Of a stretch of 64,000 bases of DNA, positions 21,505 to 33,746 are shown one piece after another. The position numbers and the translations under genes were made by a program. The DNA is taken from the NCBI GenBank assembly GCA_030248215.1, contig JASANG010000641.1:1-64000 (forward strand), written 5' to 3'. Under the pieces are notes generated by a model. The model was not told where the DNA came from. It ran no database searches and saw only the letters and a program-made list of their open reading frames with translations. Origin of the DNA: Enoplolaimus lenunculus (Eukaryota). Position 1 is the stretch's first letter. The number at the start of each line of letters is the position of its first letter.

Positions 21505-24433
21505 TGTATTTTTGTCGAGATTGAAGTGATCAAGCTTTTGTTCAATGGCTGGTAATAAGCGTTCAGGCAGCCGAGTGCCAAAACGAACCTGGGTTTTTGT
21601 AAACTCGGTCAGAGTATAATATATTCCGTCAACACTTCTTTACGCCAGTGTGCATATAATTAAAATATTCGCCGCTGAGCCCAATTTGGTTTGACTTTAG
21701 TGAGCGTAGAATGATTCACAACTTTAATACTAATTCTCAATATCGCCCCCCCCCTGCATAATTTTTGTTCCCACCCCCTAGAAATTTGCAACCTTGCTAA
21801 AGTCGCTCGAAAATGTATGCCCGTCCTGAAAATTTTTTTGCTCCCCTAGCAAGGTGAGCTGGCTACTGGCCTTGTGGTTCTGGGGCTCTTAATATGATCC
21901 GCCAGTGTTGGTGAACAGTTGTCGGAATGATCCATTTCTGGCACGCCATTCTCTAGAACAGAGGCAATTGTAGAAACGTTCTTGATGATAAATTTTGTAA
22001 ATGTAATTTTAAACTACGCTGACCTTTGTCATACACCGGCGTGAAATTTCAGATTTACACCTACTCTAACGGTAATCAAACGGTAATATATCGCTTAGCC
22101 TGGACCGAGCGACAAGATCATCTTGGGTATAATCCAGTCCAGACGGTGCCGCATAAGCCGAAATTGTAACCGTTTGTCTAACGTTTGCCGCTTTTCAAAT
22201 TTCGTTCGTATTTGAAAGAGGGCTGTTGCGCCCTGCTTTACTTTCTAACCAATTTTCTGATATTGAATCCACAGACGTGAAAATATTGAAGCTGTTCACA
22301 ATTCATTTTAAATTTTGTATACTTCACCCCACTTGCCCTCTCCGTGATTTAAATATTCTGGTTGCGCCCATGTTTAAATTTAAAATTCAGTTCTACATAT
22401 ATAGAAACTGTTCGCTAAAAACACATTCAACCACGTTTCACTTTCAACTATTTTTGTCAATTGAGTATTAAAACTAGAGCAGATGCTTTAATTCAACTTT
22501 TGTATCGAACTACAATTTCCAGTATTAATGACGTTTTATTTAAAAAATTTTATGACGTAACCATGTGTTCATTCTAAAACGTTACTTTTTTTATTTTTAT
22601 CACCAATGGTTTGATTGTCAAGATAGATCGCTTAAACCCAAACGGATTGTAAAAATAACGAAAACGGATAGTGATCAAAATAACGCAATACTGAAGTATA
22701 AAACATTCTAAGATGTTTTATATTTGTGCTAAACACAATTGAAGTATTGCAAATATATATTTATCAGACTTTCTAAAATTTCAAACAAAAAATAGCGGAT
22801 GCATCGAAATTTTTAAAATTTGCATAAATTTTGTAATTTTTATCGCATACCGAACATTTGCAGCGTATTTTGGTAATACGAAATTGCAAGATATTTACGT
22901 GATTTATAACTAATTTTGAGCATAAAAATAACATAAATTCCAGTATTTCTTTGACGGAAACAGACGTTACACCTTGCTTGTGCCTGCTTCAAACAATAAT
23001 TTTGCGAATTTCATGCCGAGGGGAAAAATTCTACTAGGCATTGTTACAACCGCAGATCTACTTCCGGCTTCGATATTTACCAACTCGTTGTTCCCAAGGC
23101 ACCTGCTTGTGTTTACAATGAATTCATATTTCATTATTTGTCTCTGACCACCGGGCTGCTGGGGAACCTGTGTGACTGGGAGATTTGAACTTTGTCTTTT
23201 ATATTAGGCTTATATTAAAGCTTATGCTTAGGCTAGTTACCCTGGCATGTAGCGGCTGAAGTAGTGAGCAATACGAGATTATATATTTTTTCTTTAAAGC
23301 AAAATAGGATCCGGTTGTTGGGAAATCCGGAAAAATATTTCTTCACACGAAAATACTTCATGGTTATTAACGGACTTTATCCATATGACACCGTGACAAT
23401 TTAGCTAAATCGGAAGTAGGTAGAATGTGTCTAATTTACTATTATTTAATTTTATTTTTAAAAAATTTTATTAGTAAAACACGTTGATGTATATATGTTC
23501 AATTCCGCCGAATCCCTTGCACTTTCGTTAACAACCATAAGATGAAAGGAAATATTTTTATAAAACCAAATATTATTAAATTTTAGATTTTTCGTTTGGT
23601 ATTAATTTACAGCTAAAATACTAAACATTTATCGTGCGCTTCAGTGAAAAGCTGAACTGAAAATTTTACAAATTAATTATATTTAATTTCAAAATTCATC
23701 TCGAAAAGTTTCCTTTCTGCAACCTGAAATATTTTATATCAGCCGCAAACATAAATTGCAGCAATTCGATGCCGCTCGCTACCACTCACGGTTCGTTGTG
23801 GCTGGAGCCTAAGCTTCTAAAGCTTGTAATAGTACACCACAAGCATCCTAAAGTTTAAGTTTCAGTTTACTTGGCATAATTGTTTATCTTTTGCCTCAAC
23901 AACAAAGCTTAATGAGTTGAAATTTTCAACTAAACACACACACACTTGAGTCACTATTCTTAGTTTCTCATTTAGGCCCATATAATATATACACACATAT
24001 ATAAATTCTTGAAGCTTTATTGGATGTTGCTAAAGCTTTAGAAAGACCAGCATAAACCATAGCCAAGTCTATGTCTGTCGAGCAATACGTATGGCGACTG
24101 GAACTGAGAATTGTCCTGCTTAAAGTTAAAGTCATGTATATGGCGTGGGTTAGACAAGTTTTGAGGAACGGGACCGGAATGGGCGTCCAGATGTCCTTAA
24201 ACGATACTTGTTTTGCCCCACACCAAAAGTTTGCCAGTCCACAATAGTTGCTTAAACCTAATTTTAGGGTTTAGGCTATAGGCTCAAGCTAACCATAGGC
24301 CTAAGTCTAAGCCTAAGTTTGAGCATAAGCCTGACAGCCATTATATTGAGGTTTTCATTTTTGTATCCATACCAATCCTGCAGTTATCTCTGTGTGTCAG
24401 TCGAGCGACTCTTTGCACTTACTCCTGAACACA

Positions 24434-24595
24434 GGGCCAACGTATAGATTAGCATACTCGCAAGCCTAAGCTTAAGCCTTAGGGTAAGAATGAACTTTTA
24501 TCTACGCTTACGTCTAAGCCTAGGCATACGCTTAAGCACTAAAATTAGCCTAAAGCTTAAGCTTATTCTATTGCAATCCCGCACAAAAACGTACC
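24434..24595 (+). mobile_element. TTAGGC-repeat MITE (type A, partial)
   Basis: gggccaacgtataga ... taaagcttaagcttattctattgcaatcccgcacaaaaacgt. Confidence 0.7.
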
Positions 24596-25767
24596 ATCTC
24601 TTATCGTTTTGCCGTGTTTCCTTTGAATTGTAAAAAGAATTTCAAAGTTTCTACAAACGTCCTTGACAAAACGCCGTAGTCGTAGCCATATATCAGTTTG
24701 ACACATATTTCAAGCGGCATATTCCTCTCCATTTTTAGACGAAAATAAACAGTATATGTAGAATTTCAAATGCACTTTGCCTAATTAAGTGTGTTTCAAA
24801 AGTTTTGCGAACCCAAACACACAAGTCGAGTCGAAATGCTTCAAGCTAAACGTGCCGTACTGCACGAATTCATTAGCTTTACGCATCATTTGTGACCTGA
24901 CACAATGCTAAAACCTTTGGAATCAAAAGAAGTGGGACATTTTGTGAAGACGTTATCAATTTCATATGGCAAGGTTGAGATTTTGTAGCCCGTAACAATA
25001 ATTTTTTAACAAATCATCACATGAGGCAGAAAAGAGTATATATTAATAAATATTTATATATACATATATATGTGTTTATATTAAAACTGGAACACCCCGA
25101 TTGCATATTTTGGGCATTGTTGCAGCAGAATTGTATATCCATATCCAAATTTGCTTCTATATTTTTAAGCGAAAAATTCTGAAGATCGAACATTGTTTTT
25201 ACTTTTTCTTTGTGTTGTTATTCTATAAAACGAAGCATGTTTGCTTTATGCGCATATTTTAACATGTGTGTAATTTGTATATTGTTTTAGCAGACATCAG
25301 CTTGGACGCGTATTTTGCTCTGCAGATGGTAGATCCCGGGGTCCATCATTCCTACCGGACCCACACAGGATTAAAAATTTGCATTGGGATTGAATACACA
25401 ATTTTCAATCAAGTTTCAAGGCTTTCAAGGTTGTGCAACTAAGTCACTTGTATCTACCAAACACCTCCAATGGCACTTCTGGCGCTGCTCACAAGCTTTG
25501 TCAACACACAATTAGCAGTGTCTTTAAAGTTTTTGTTTCGCCTTTTATAGCTGTTTGTGTTTTCTATGTTTCAAGAGTGGCGATCAAAACGTGTGTTCAG
25601 TAGGGTAGACCTTGTACTTATATTACTGCCAACGTAGCGAGTTCATTTTTGGTTGGTGAATGCCGGAGTAGGTCCGTAGCCAGCTCACCTTGCCAGAGAG
25701 GGATGAACATTTTTCAGGTGGTATGCATATACAAGAGTTTTCGGGTGAATAGAAGTTAGCTTTAGTA

Positions 25768-25970
25768 GGCCAATGTTACTTTTAGGGACGTAACGCGTAA
25801 CAGTAGTTTAAGCGTATTCCTCAGCCTGAGCCTAACTCTAAGCCTTTCAAAAATGTGGTCCTAAGCCTAAGCCTAAGTGTAAGCATAAGCAAAAAATGGA
25901 ATCTAGAATCTAAACGTACTCTTTTATAGACCCACCAGAAACCTAGACGCCTATAAAGGTAACATGGGCC
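25768..25970 (+). mobile_element. TTAGGC-repeat MITE (type B, full length)
   Basis: TIRs GGCCAATGTTACTTTTA ... TAAAGGTAACATGGGCC; internal (GCCTAA)n. Confidence 0.85.
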
Positions 25971-26246
25971 GCGTAGTAAATAGGAACCTAGTATATGTTC
26001 AGTACAGTGTTGTAGTTTTTGGTTATTAGCGAAAATGTAATTCAATTAAACTTGACAGTTTAATAAATAAGCAATATTTTTTAAATATAAAGTTTAACGA
26101 TATTGGACTTATTCGTTTTGTGAGATTACGGTTTAATATTTTGGCTTTTATTCGCAATGATACATCAGAGATGCCGGCCTTTAGTTCAACAGGGCTCATG
26201 GAATATATTTGTGCGAATTCTAGAAACTTAAAGAAGTTGAAAAACG

Positions 26247-27085
26247 GGGCCATTATATAGAACAGGGCCGTAACAGTAGTATAAGCATATTCCTAAAACA
26301 TAAGCCTAAGCCTAAGTGTAAAAATAGGACCTCAGAAAAAAGCAAAATACGACTCGCCATTCAGCATCTAGTCTTTCTAGCTAGCATGCTTTCGACCCTA
26401 AACGAAATAAACAAGGCGTTTTTTTAAAAATAAATTTCAGTTTGTCTTCGTTAATTTATTTTCGAAATGGGCACAGAACAAAAGCAGCCGTGTACTAAAA
26501 TCACGGCCGTTTGCGTGCCATTTCTACGAAACGTGTGTGCGCCACAATGGCACTCATCTTCTTGTTTATGGATTGGTTTAAATTTAATTTTGATTAGCAA
26601 AATATGCGTGGTCGCTGGTCGCAGCGCTTAGCAAAGTCAGTTGCACATTTTGGCCAATGTCTAAAGCAGCGGTGGAACACACAAAATAAATCGTCTTGAA
26701 ATTTCAAGACTGCGACTTTCTTAAATTTTCAATACATAAATGTCTGGTTTTTCTGACAATAACCTTACACAGCTCAGAAATTTGTGTCTGAAATGGTTTA
26801 TATCTCATATACACAAAAAAATTACTGTTGCCAACTTATAAGACATAAATTCTTTCTTTCAAGACATATTTGTCTTATATTTAAGACTAATTTTCTGATT
26901 TTAAACACTATTTTGTGTGTAGTATAAGCATATTCCTAAAACTAAACCTAAGCCTAAACCTAAGTGTAAGAATGCGGTTATACATAAAGCCTACGCGTAA
27001 GCCTAAGCAAAAATTTAATCTAAAGCTTAAGCTTACTCTATTCAAGACCAACAAAAAACGTCCTGCCCCTGATCTTTACATATGC
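26247..27085 (+). mobile_element. Two TTAGGC-MITE halves (26247-26328 and 26918-27085) separated by other repeats
   Basis: Left TIR at 26247 and right TIR gcccctgatctttacat near 27080; agtataagcatattcctaaaac is present in both halves. Confidence 0.65.
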
Positions 27086-28300
27086 TGAGGTTTTTGGCCA
27101 CCAAATGCTGTTTTGAGTTTAATTATATTGGTTTTTTGAAGATTGAAATGCTGATATATTCGAGTAAAATCCCATTGACGCGAACAAAGTGTTTGTAGCG
27201 CACACTCCAAATTACATGCATTCGTTTTTCAAAGTTTTTGCAGCAAGAACGTGTAGATACAACTTGCAGCTGCGACTTTAACGTATAATGGGCTTTCGAA
27301 CAAAACTTGCCGATGTAAGTCGACGCTGCAAGTTGTCGCTGCCACAAAATAATTTTTGATTTCAGAATTCGGTGGGATCTGCACTTGCCATATTTATCTC
27401 AAGGTAGAGGTTCGAAATATCGGTTTTACTATAGCGGAATATGTTAATTAACATAATGAGTAAAAAATTTCAATGTGTGGGTAAAAGTATGTTGATGTTT
27501 ACCTGCGCCTAAAATTTTAAGAAGGTTCAAACCAGATAACCTGGAAAAACTTGAATTCACTGTTTTTACCGTACGAGTAGAAGATAAGTATCGAGTAACA
27601 TCAATGAACTGTACAATTACACAATTATTGTATTGAACGCAGAAGAAAAAATAAGGGCGGGTAAAGGCAGGTAAACGCGGGTAAAAAGTCTTTACCCACT
27701 TACACCTCTGTATATAACAGCCGACGTACCATCTCCTTCATATAAAGCTTTCACCCACAGGTTTTCGATTACCCTGAGACCAACCCATAGCCAGCTCAAC
27801 ACAGCAGGTAGGACCAAAACGTTTTAGACTGGGCATGCGGGAATTCTATATGACTATAATACATGAGAGTAAAATTTTTTAGGAGAATGAATAAAGTTTT
27901 CTAGGGTGGTTGAACTTAGCTTCACTCGGAGTAATCTGACTACGAATCAGCTTGCAGATCAATTTTCAACTACTAACCCCAGAGCCTGACTATTTTCAAA
28001 TCACGGGTTACCAAATTTGGGCTGTTTTATCTCGATTTAATTTTTATGGCTGTGAATGGCTTTGACATTTTGTTCAGAAATTATATTGATGTGTTTATAT
28101 ACAATATTTATGATACATTTGTTATACATTGTGTATCGGGTTTTGTTCCTTTTGGTTTGAATTGATATTTATATAATTTATTTGTTTCTCTTTTAGATAT
28201 AAACACAGTCCGGAAGCCTAGGAAATGAAGGTTGAAGTCTTTCGCAGACTTTGCAACTCATGCATCAATAAAATATGATGAGTATTTTCCGTTGTGTTCC

Positions 28301-28850
28301 CAAGCCGTCGTTGGCCGAAAAATGGTTGAATGTTGAAAATTTTTGCATATTTGAGCTTATACTGTGCTTTCCTGATCATTCCATGCCCAAATTTGAATTT
28401 TTGAAAAATTCGATTTTGAGGTCACCTTTTGGGATCCAAAAAAATTCTGTTAAAATCTTAGATAAATATATGCCATTCGACGTAGCTTGCGCAGCTGAGT
28501 CGAATAGTCAGACCGTTGGTTAACGTGTTATTATTAAATAACTAACTTGGTGCGCTGCCAACGGATTCGGATGGCGCCAAATTAGCCAGTTGACTATAAC
28601 TCGTTAGCCAGATGTCTGACAGCAAAAAGTTTACACCATTCGGTACAGCGTTGCACGCTGTGTTGAATGGTATATAATTTGTCGAACTTTTTGACAAACA
28701 ATTTTTTGGGTCCAAAGGGACCATTCGACCATAGAAATCGAATTATTCAAAGATTGAAATTAGGGCATGGCATGATCAGGGCAGATCATGAGAACATCAA
28801 GTATGCAAAAATTATCAAAATTCAACCAGTTTTGAGCGAACACCGGCTAG
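28301..28850. mobile_element. Palindromic (foldback) MITE about 200 bp upstream of the PRC1 ATG
   Basis: The left arm aagccgtcgttggccgaaaaatggttgaatgttgaaaatttttgcatatttga is an imperfect inverse of the right arm tcaagtatgcaaaaattatcaaaattcaaccagttttgagcgaacaccggct; pairing continues inward. Confidence 0.7.
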
Positions 28851-29050
28851 AGAGATAATCGAAAAGACGCTAAAATATTTACATACAAAAAACATGGAAG
28901 CACTGAATGTCTTTGCCTTCCGGAACCAGTTGAAGTTAAATTCCTTAACTTTAACGTATCTTTTATTTTTATGTCTAAACTTTCCTAACACTGTTACGAT
29001 ATTCGCAGTTTTAAAACTATTAGCTAAGTAATTTATCAACTTTTCAACTG

Positions 29051-29231
29051 ATGACGTTACGTCATGATGCGATCGCCGTAGGTCGATCAAAGCTGTCGTC
29101 TGTGCTTGACGAATGTTTGGGCAAAGTGAACGAAATTTGGCAACGTGTCGGTTTTAGCGAAGATGTAAGACAAGAGCGCATGGAAACGCTGATAGCCAGT
29201 TGCCAAGGTTTGGCGGATCGAATTTTAGAAG
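29051..29231 (+). CDS. PRC1: PRC1/Ase1/MAP65 family microtubule bundler, exon 1
   Basis: MTLRH...LGKVNEIWQRVGFSEDVRQERME...ILE G|gtaatc; matches the PRC1 N-terminal L..IW..IG.....R..R motif. Confidence 0.88.
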
Positions 29232-29483
29232 GTAATCATCGGTGACGGTGCAGAAAAGTTTGCATACGAGCCAAGGTATAAAAGGAAAAATTTTATGAAC
29301 CAATGATGACGGTTCTTACCCTTTCGGAAACCGCCATACTGCGAGACATGACGGAAATTACGCCTACAAGCTATGCAAACAGAATGTTGTCGGGACAGAA
29401 ATCGCTCTTTAGATGCATATAGGATGTATTCTACCGGATATGCTTGTTGTTCCGAAATAAGCTGATAGCCCTGTTTAAAAGTA

Positions 29484-29673
29484 GGGCCAATGTAAAGAAC
29501 AAGGGCGGAACAGTATTATAAGCGTTTTCCTAAGCCTAAGCCTAAGCGTAAGAATGAGTTTATTACTAAGTCTAAACCTAAGTCTAAGCCAAGCAAAAAA
29601 TCAGTCTAAAGCTTAAGCTTATTCTATTCTAGTCGCACAGAAAACCGTTCCGCCCCTGATCTTTACATGGGAC
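29484..29673 (+). mobile_element. TTAGGC-repeat MITE (type A, full length) in PRC1 intron 1
   Basis: TIRs GGGCCAATGTAAAGAACAAGGGCGGAAC ... GTTCCGCCCCTGATCTTTACATGGGAC. Confidence 0.88.
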
Positions 29674-30242
29674 AAAAGTAGTAAGAACAAACAGCGCCGT
29701 TAGCGGAAACTTAAAATCTGGCAAAACGCACCATTCATAGGCTGTAAAATAACCTGCCCAAATGAAAAAACTTTCTCACTCGCCAAGCTCGCTTACAAAA
29801 AAACTTCCATGCTACGCCCCTAAGAAGCAAATAAATTGCGGCGAGTGATCCTTAAACCAATGTCCTTGTAAATGTTTCAAGATGAAAAATTATTGCCGAT
29901 CTTAATACTTCATAAGAGTGCAAACCGGAGCACTGAGGGTCATTTCCTGAAAAATACTTCATGTGCCCCCCGAGATCAACATGAAAATTGGCAATATATC
30001 ATTTTATATGGTCCCAGGGGTACGTAGCAACAATTTTTGGATTGGTAGGATCTAGAGTAATTAGCGTGAATCATTTCGGTTCGATTGTAAACGTTCACTT
30101 TCTGGCTGTGACGAATATACATGGTAAGGATATAAAATACCGCAAAATTTTGGTTCTTAGGAGAGAGTCTAAAGCGTCTGTATCCTACAGCTTTGTCTCT
30201 GCTGTGATAACTTTTTGAGCGCCACTCGTGCTTAAACTTTCT

Positions 30243-30439
30243 GGCCCATGTTACTTTAAGCGGCGTTCAGGTTTTTGGTGGGTCTATAGAAGTGTAGGGT
30301 TACATTCTATATTACGTTTTTTTGCTTAGGCTTACGCTTAGACTTAGGCTTGAGCTTAGTAACACATCTTTGCAACGCTTAGGCTTAGGCTTACGAATAC
30401 GCTTAATATACTGTTACGCTCCTACAAGTAACATTGGCC
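30243..30439 (-). mobile_element. TTAGGC-repeat MITE (type B, full length), 32 nt before PRC1 exon 2
   Basis: GGCCCATGTTACTT ... AAGTAACATTGGCC; (TTAGGC)n core. Confidence 0.88.
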
Positions 30440-30471
30440 AACTTTTTGATGTGATGCGTTTGTTTTTTTAG

Positions 30472-30740
30472 ACGAAGAAAATTTCGAGCGTGAGTTGCGT
30501 GAAAATGTGACAAGTTTTACGTCAGAATTACACGATTTATGCTCCGAGCTTAAACTGCCAACATTCACCATTGAGCCAGGGCTGCCTTTGATTGATAAAG
30601 AGCACGAACTCAGAGCTCATGCTTTAACTCTGAGACGAGAAAAGAAAACACGCCTCGATCGGTGGACTGAATTGAGCGCACAGCATCGGCAACTATGCGA
30701 AAGGCTGACTATTAGATCACCGTACGAAAATGGACAAATT
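30472..30740 (+). CDS. PRC1: PRC1 exon 2
   Basis: tttttag| phase 1, (D)EENFERELRENV...ELHDLCSELKLP...LIDKEHELR...LC...GQI |gtaagt. Confidence 0.9.
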
Positions 30741-31390
30741 GTAAGTGTTTGGCGAAAAAAAACGAATCATCCGAAGATGTACAGGCATACGAGAACACGG
30801 ATGCCAGTTGTCCTACGATAATAAACGGCAATAAAGAGAAGCGTCATAAAATTTTAAAATTTAAATAATTTAATTTCAAGGCTGTAAACATTGGCTAATT
30901 TGACGCCTCTTGAAAACCTGATTATCGATTCCGTGACATGGGTTAGCTGAAAATTTCATTCTCAACGGCGCATTTAGAGTATATTCCTAGTATATATACC
31001 TACTTGCCAAGGGCATCTCCATGGGGAGCCATTCGGGGACCGTGGCCGTCAAATTTGGCTGATGCCCCCCCATAAAGACTGTGGTTTAAAAGTAAACAAT
31101 CTTGAACTGCCATTATAGGAGCACCGGCATAAATTATTTGGTGCCTCCCAAATATAATTTTCCGCTGACGCCTCTGGTAATTGCCGATGATAAGTTTATA
31201 ACGTGCATTTAAAACAGGAGCATCAGTGTTTGCAAACTGTGTATTTTTGAATATTGAATTAGTGAACGACAACAACAACAACTTTGTGCTCAAAAATCAT
31301 AATTAGTTTGCTTGAAAACTTATCGCAAATCCGTTGATGTGCGCTAAACCCAAAAAACGAGCAAACAACCAATATTCTCAAATGCGTATA

Positions 31391-31599
31391 CAGTGCAAAA
31401 AATGGTAAAGTCAAATTGACTTCCTGCGAAATAGGCTCTGCGGAACTACACAAACTGAGTCAAATTCGACTCAATCACTGTCAAATTCAAACTCACTGAA
31501 TCGCGCGTTTGACTCTGGCGAAGTCGAAATTGACTCAATGTGTGTAGTTCCGTAGAGCCTATTTCGGAAAGAGTCAATTTGACTCATCATTTTTTGCAG
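31391..31599. mobile_element. Palindromic CACTG-ended MITE (GAGTCAA family)
   Basis: Homologous to 50547-50716; repeated gagtcaaattgactc palindromes. Confidence 0.75.
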
Positions 31600-31668
31600 C
31601 TCACAATGACAAAAAATATTTTTACCATTTTGATAAAATTTACCATTGATAAACTATTAACTTTATAG

Positions 31669-31909
31669 GCGTCTGCCGCAACGCCAAGCCTGGAAAAACT
31701 TGACATTTTGCAAGCCGACGTTGACTCAAAGCAACGTCTGGTCGACGAACGATTTGCTTATTTGACTGCAATGCGTAAAACAATCCGTGATCAGTACAAA
31801 CGTATGCGACATGAACCTGAGTCTGAATTTGAAAAGCAACTCCTTGCTGATGATTCCACTTCGGATATTAATTCCATTCCATTAACCGATTCGACCGTTC
31901 AACAACTAG
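31669..31909 (+). CDS. PRC1: PRC1 exon 3
   Basis: tttatag| ASAATPSLEKL...HEPESEFEKQLL...IPLTDSTVQQL G|gtaacc; PS.E.L and P...FE motifs. The phase-1 donor matches exon 4. Confidence 0.85.
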
Positions 31910-32688
31910 GTAACCTTGGCCGTAATAACACGATTTTAATGGTGGGGACAGCAACAGTAGTTATATATGTATATATGGTATACGCGTGTGTCAATTTCGC
32001 TCGGGGCAACAATAATTAACAGAAATAAATGTTTCGTAGTCATTCGAGTGCAATTTATGCTTGCCGTTCTGTTGGGGCGTCCCTACCCGGGCGGCATTGG
32101 GTGGCCGTGACCTCGTCACCCAAATTGAATTGGTGCCCTCCAAATGGACTCGGTCTAGAAGTAAATAAATCTTGAATAGCAATTGTTGGACCTCCCGAAA
32201 TTATTCTGTGCCCCAGGTAAATAGAATTTTCTGCAGACGCCCGTGCCGTCAAGTAATCGCATCGAGTTTAGAGCGTATTTTTAAGATTCGTTAGAATTTT
32301 CCATTTACGTCCGCAGATCAGTAGCAAATATTATCAGTTAACGACGACTTTTGCGAAAACCTCGATCGCTTGTTTGCCCATCCGCCAACTGTGACGTGAA
32401 CTTAAAGTTTACTTGCGGTGATTTGGCAGGCGGAACTAAAATACTTCGCCAAACGACAAGTGATCCATACAGTTGCAATGAAACAAACCTCGATTTACAG
32501 CTTGTTTCGAAACAGTTAAGCTGAACTGTAATTCTTATTATAAATAGAAATTAATACCTTACAAATCAAACTAAATTTAATGAAAAAACAAGTAATGTTC
32601 AATTTTCCGCAATGTTAACGTGATTTCAACTGAATCACTTGACTCCAGTCGTAGTCATACAGAGATTTGTATGATTCACTGCAGTGTA

Positions 32689-33345
32689 CACAAAACAAAT
32701 TGTCTGATGTTCAAGAAATATCCGGAATTTAAGACAATTATGTGTCGTAATACAAGCTTCCGACATATATGTCTTGAATTCTAGAGTTTTTTAGAAAATT
32801 GACATTAACCCTTTCTCACATGAATATTTTCTATTTCCACTGAGACCTACTTTTATGCTAGGATTCGAACTCCGGTGACTGGAGTGGGAGGCGTATACCA
32901 TCACCACTCAGCTATAGGTGCTGACGGTCGAGCCCGAGAGGGCTCTCACGTCTTGTGGTGATTTAGTACAATGTATACGTGTTGCAATTGTTAAACACGG
33001 TGAGATATATATACTATTTAACGTATATACACTGCGCTGAGTTGCCTATATGCAACTCAATGTGAGAAGGGGATAATTGTGTACATTGTTATAAGAATAA
33101 AAACGAAGCAACTCGTTTCGTTGCATTAAAATCTGAAAATCATTTCTTGAATATAAACACAACTATTTCTAGAAAAAAGACATTTATTCTTAACTATTAA
33201 TGGTAACGTTTTAAGACATTTTTGTCTTAATTAGACATAATCTTCTGAACTGTTTAAGACTATTAATGTCTGAGTTTCCAGGCGTTTTAGTCTTCAAAAC
33301 ATAAGAAAGTATTAAGTTTTGAAATTTCACGACAAATTTTGCGTG
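32689..33345. mobile_element. CAC-ended AT-rich MITE interrupted by a piggyBac-type MITE
   Basis: ta|cacaaaacaaattgtc ... gacaaattttgcgtg|ta; aagaca/tgtctt-rich interior shared with about 15510-15720, 26680-26920 and 36890-37030. Confidence 0.55.
32809..33072 (-). mobile_element. piggyBac-type MITE carrying a tRNA-derived Pol III promoter (copy 1)
   Basis: TTAA|CCCTTTCTCACAT ... ATGTGAGAAGGGG|ATAA. Minus strand has A box TAGCTGAGTGG, then CGCCTCCCAC, then B box GAGTTCGAATCC (32858-32925). Confidence 0.75.
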
Positions 33346-33404
33346 TATTTTTGCGTATCAAAAATTTTCTAAAAAGTTGCAAAACATAACGTTGGACATT
33401 TCAG

Positions 33405-33613
33405 ATGCACTTGAAGCTGATTTGAAAGATAAACTTGCTCAATATTTGCTCCGGGTCGCTGATGAAATTGAATCGAGTCGGGCAGAAATTCGACAGCTGT
33501 GGGACGCGTGTTGTGTGAGTGATAAAGAACGTGAGGCGTTTCCGTTCTTGGATGATGGAAATTTCTCAGAAGAATTGCTCGAGAGACACCGACTTGAAAT
33601 CGACCGGTTACAA
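33405..33613 (+). CDS. PRC1: PRC1 exon 4
   Basis: catttcag| (D)ALEADLK...RAEIRQLWDACCVSDKEREAFPF...FSEELLERHRLEIDRLQ |gtgagt; hallmark W..C..S...R..F......E.LL..H..EI.RL pattern. Confidence 0.92.
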
Positions 33614-33746
33614 GTGAGTCAGAATGGTTGTCAAATGCCTAATTTGTCGCTTCCTTTGAGACACTTCTGTAATATCATTTGCTTATCATTGCTTTATGTG
33701 AACTTGTTCCCTTTTTAATGAAAAAATTCATACATAGTATCTATAA

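Noticed and set aside
32858..32925. Functional tRNA-Gly gene (also 33892-33960)
   Set aside because: A and B boxes are present, but the acceptor and anticodon stems do not pair properly and both copies lie inside a TIR element; they are tRNA-derived only.
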